From: Candidatus Pampinifervens sinense
GTDB taxonomy: Bacteria > Aquificota > Aquificia > Aquificales > Aquificaceae
Direction: 5' to 3'
Length of the DNA stretch: 64,000 nucleotides
Assembly: GCA_037927135.1 (NCBI GenBank)
Contig: JAXSPP010000006.1
Location: forward strand, 66,112 to 130,111
The position numbers were made by a program, and so were the translations under genes. The notes beneath the pieces are model-generated. The model was not told the DNA's origin. It worked only from the letters and a program-made list of their open reading frames with translations, and did not search any database. Shown one piece after another: positions 63,537 through 64,000 of the stretch (the first letter of the stretch is position 1; each line of letters opens with the position of its first letter).

Positions 63537-64000
63537 CATAGAGCTTTTCTTGAGAGTGGCCAAGGAAGCAAGCCTTTTGGGAGGGCTTGTTTTAAAGGAG
63601 TTTTACAGGAGAGAAGACAACAAGGTTATGGAAAAGGGTGAAAAGGACGTATACAGCCTTGCGGATAAGCTCTCAGAAGAGAGGATAAGGGAGCATATAC
63701 AAAAACACCTTCCAGACCATCTTGTGGTAGGTGAAGAAGAAGGTGGTTCAAGCGATGGAGACTACGTTTGGTATATAGACCCCCTTGACGGCACTAAAAA
63801 CTACATAGCAGGCTTTCCCATCTTTGGCACTTCTGTGGGCCTTCTTTACAAAGGAAAGCCCCTTGTGGGAGCCGTTTATCTTCCTGCCTTTGATAGCCTC
63901 TACTGGGCTGCCGAAGGCCATGGTGCCTACAAAAACGGAAAGAGAATAAGTGTTAGGCAGAAGGAAAAACTAAAAGAATGTTATGTGGCCTACGGCTATC
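63529..64000 (+). CDS. inositol monophosphatase family protein (3'-truncated by window edge; not in ORF track)
   Basis: ATG at 63529 gives MHNIELFL...ADKLSE...GEE...WYIDPLDGTKNY. Confidence 0.9.
   Translation, partial: MHNIELFLRVAKEASLLGGLVLKEFYRREDNKVMEKGEKDVYSLADKLSEERIREHIQKHLPDHLVVGEEEGGSSDGDYVWYIDPLDGTKNYIAGFPIFGTSVGLLYKGKPLVGAVYLPAFDSLYWAAEGHGAYKNGKRISVRQKEKLKECYVAYGY

Overview
A gene-dense chromosomal window from a thermophilic Aquificaceae bacterium (Hydrogenobacter/Thermocrinis-like). The assignment is inferred from the GC-rich rRNAs, split carB, stand-alone Trbp111/MetRS-beta, archaeal-type RibD reductase and the ...ELALAA tmRNA tag. Contents: murE-gnd-zwf; one complete rRNA operon (16S-tRNA-Ile-tRNA-Ala-23S-5S); a TonB uptake locus (receptor, 4Fe-4S membrane protein, TonB, ExbBD) interleaved with a type IV pilus locus (pilin, PilX/W/V/FimU-like minor pilins, PilY1); three DUF1640/CCDC90-like coiled-coil paralogs; and many housekeeping genes (gltB, aroA, carB N-half, ilvC, ispF, secG, prmC, radC, comF, dksA, dnaE, moeB, tmRNA, lysC, pgk). 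No CRISPR array, prophage, integrase or intact transposase was seen. The most unusual signals are: (1) a 315-bp element between zwf and the rRNA promoters, bounded by 16-bp terminal inverted repeats and carrying six hairpins with minus-strand G-U pairs plus an SD-led 14-codon ORF; (2) four consensus sigma70 promoter-hairpin modules before the 16S that look like a duplicated P1-P2-boxA block; (3) many genes with a -10 box directly before a start codon that has no SD; (4) a probable ATA start created by an ATAA stop/start overlap; (5) a tmRNA whose resume codon appears to be Leu; (6) an oversized Cys-rich PilV-like pilin; (7) a shared operator-like motif upstream of two putative sulfur-metabolism genes. 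All calls come from reading the sequence by eye; no searches were run.
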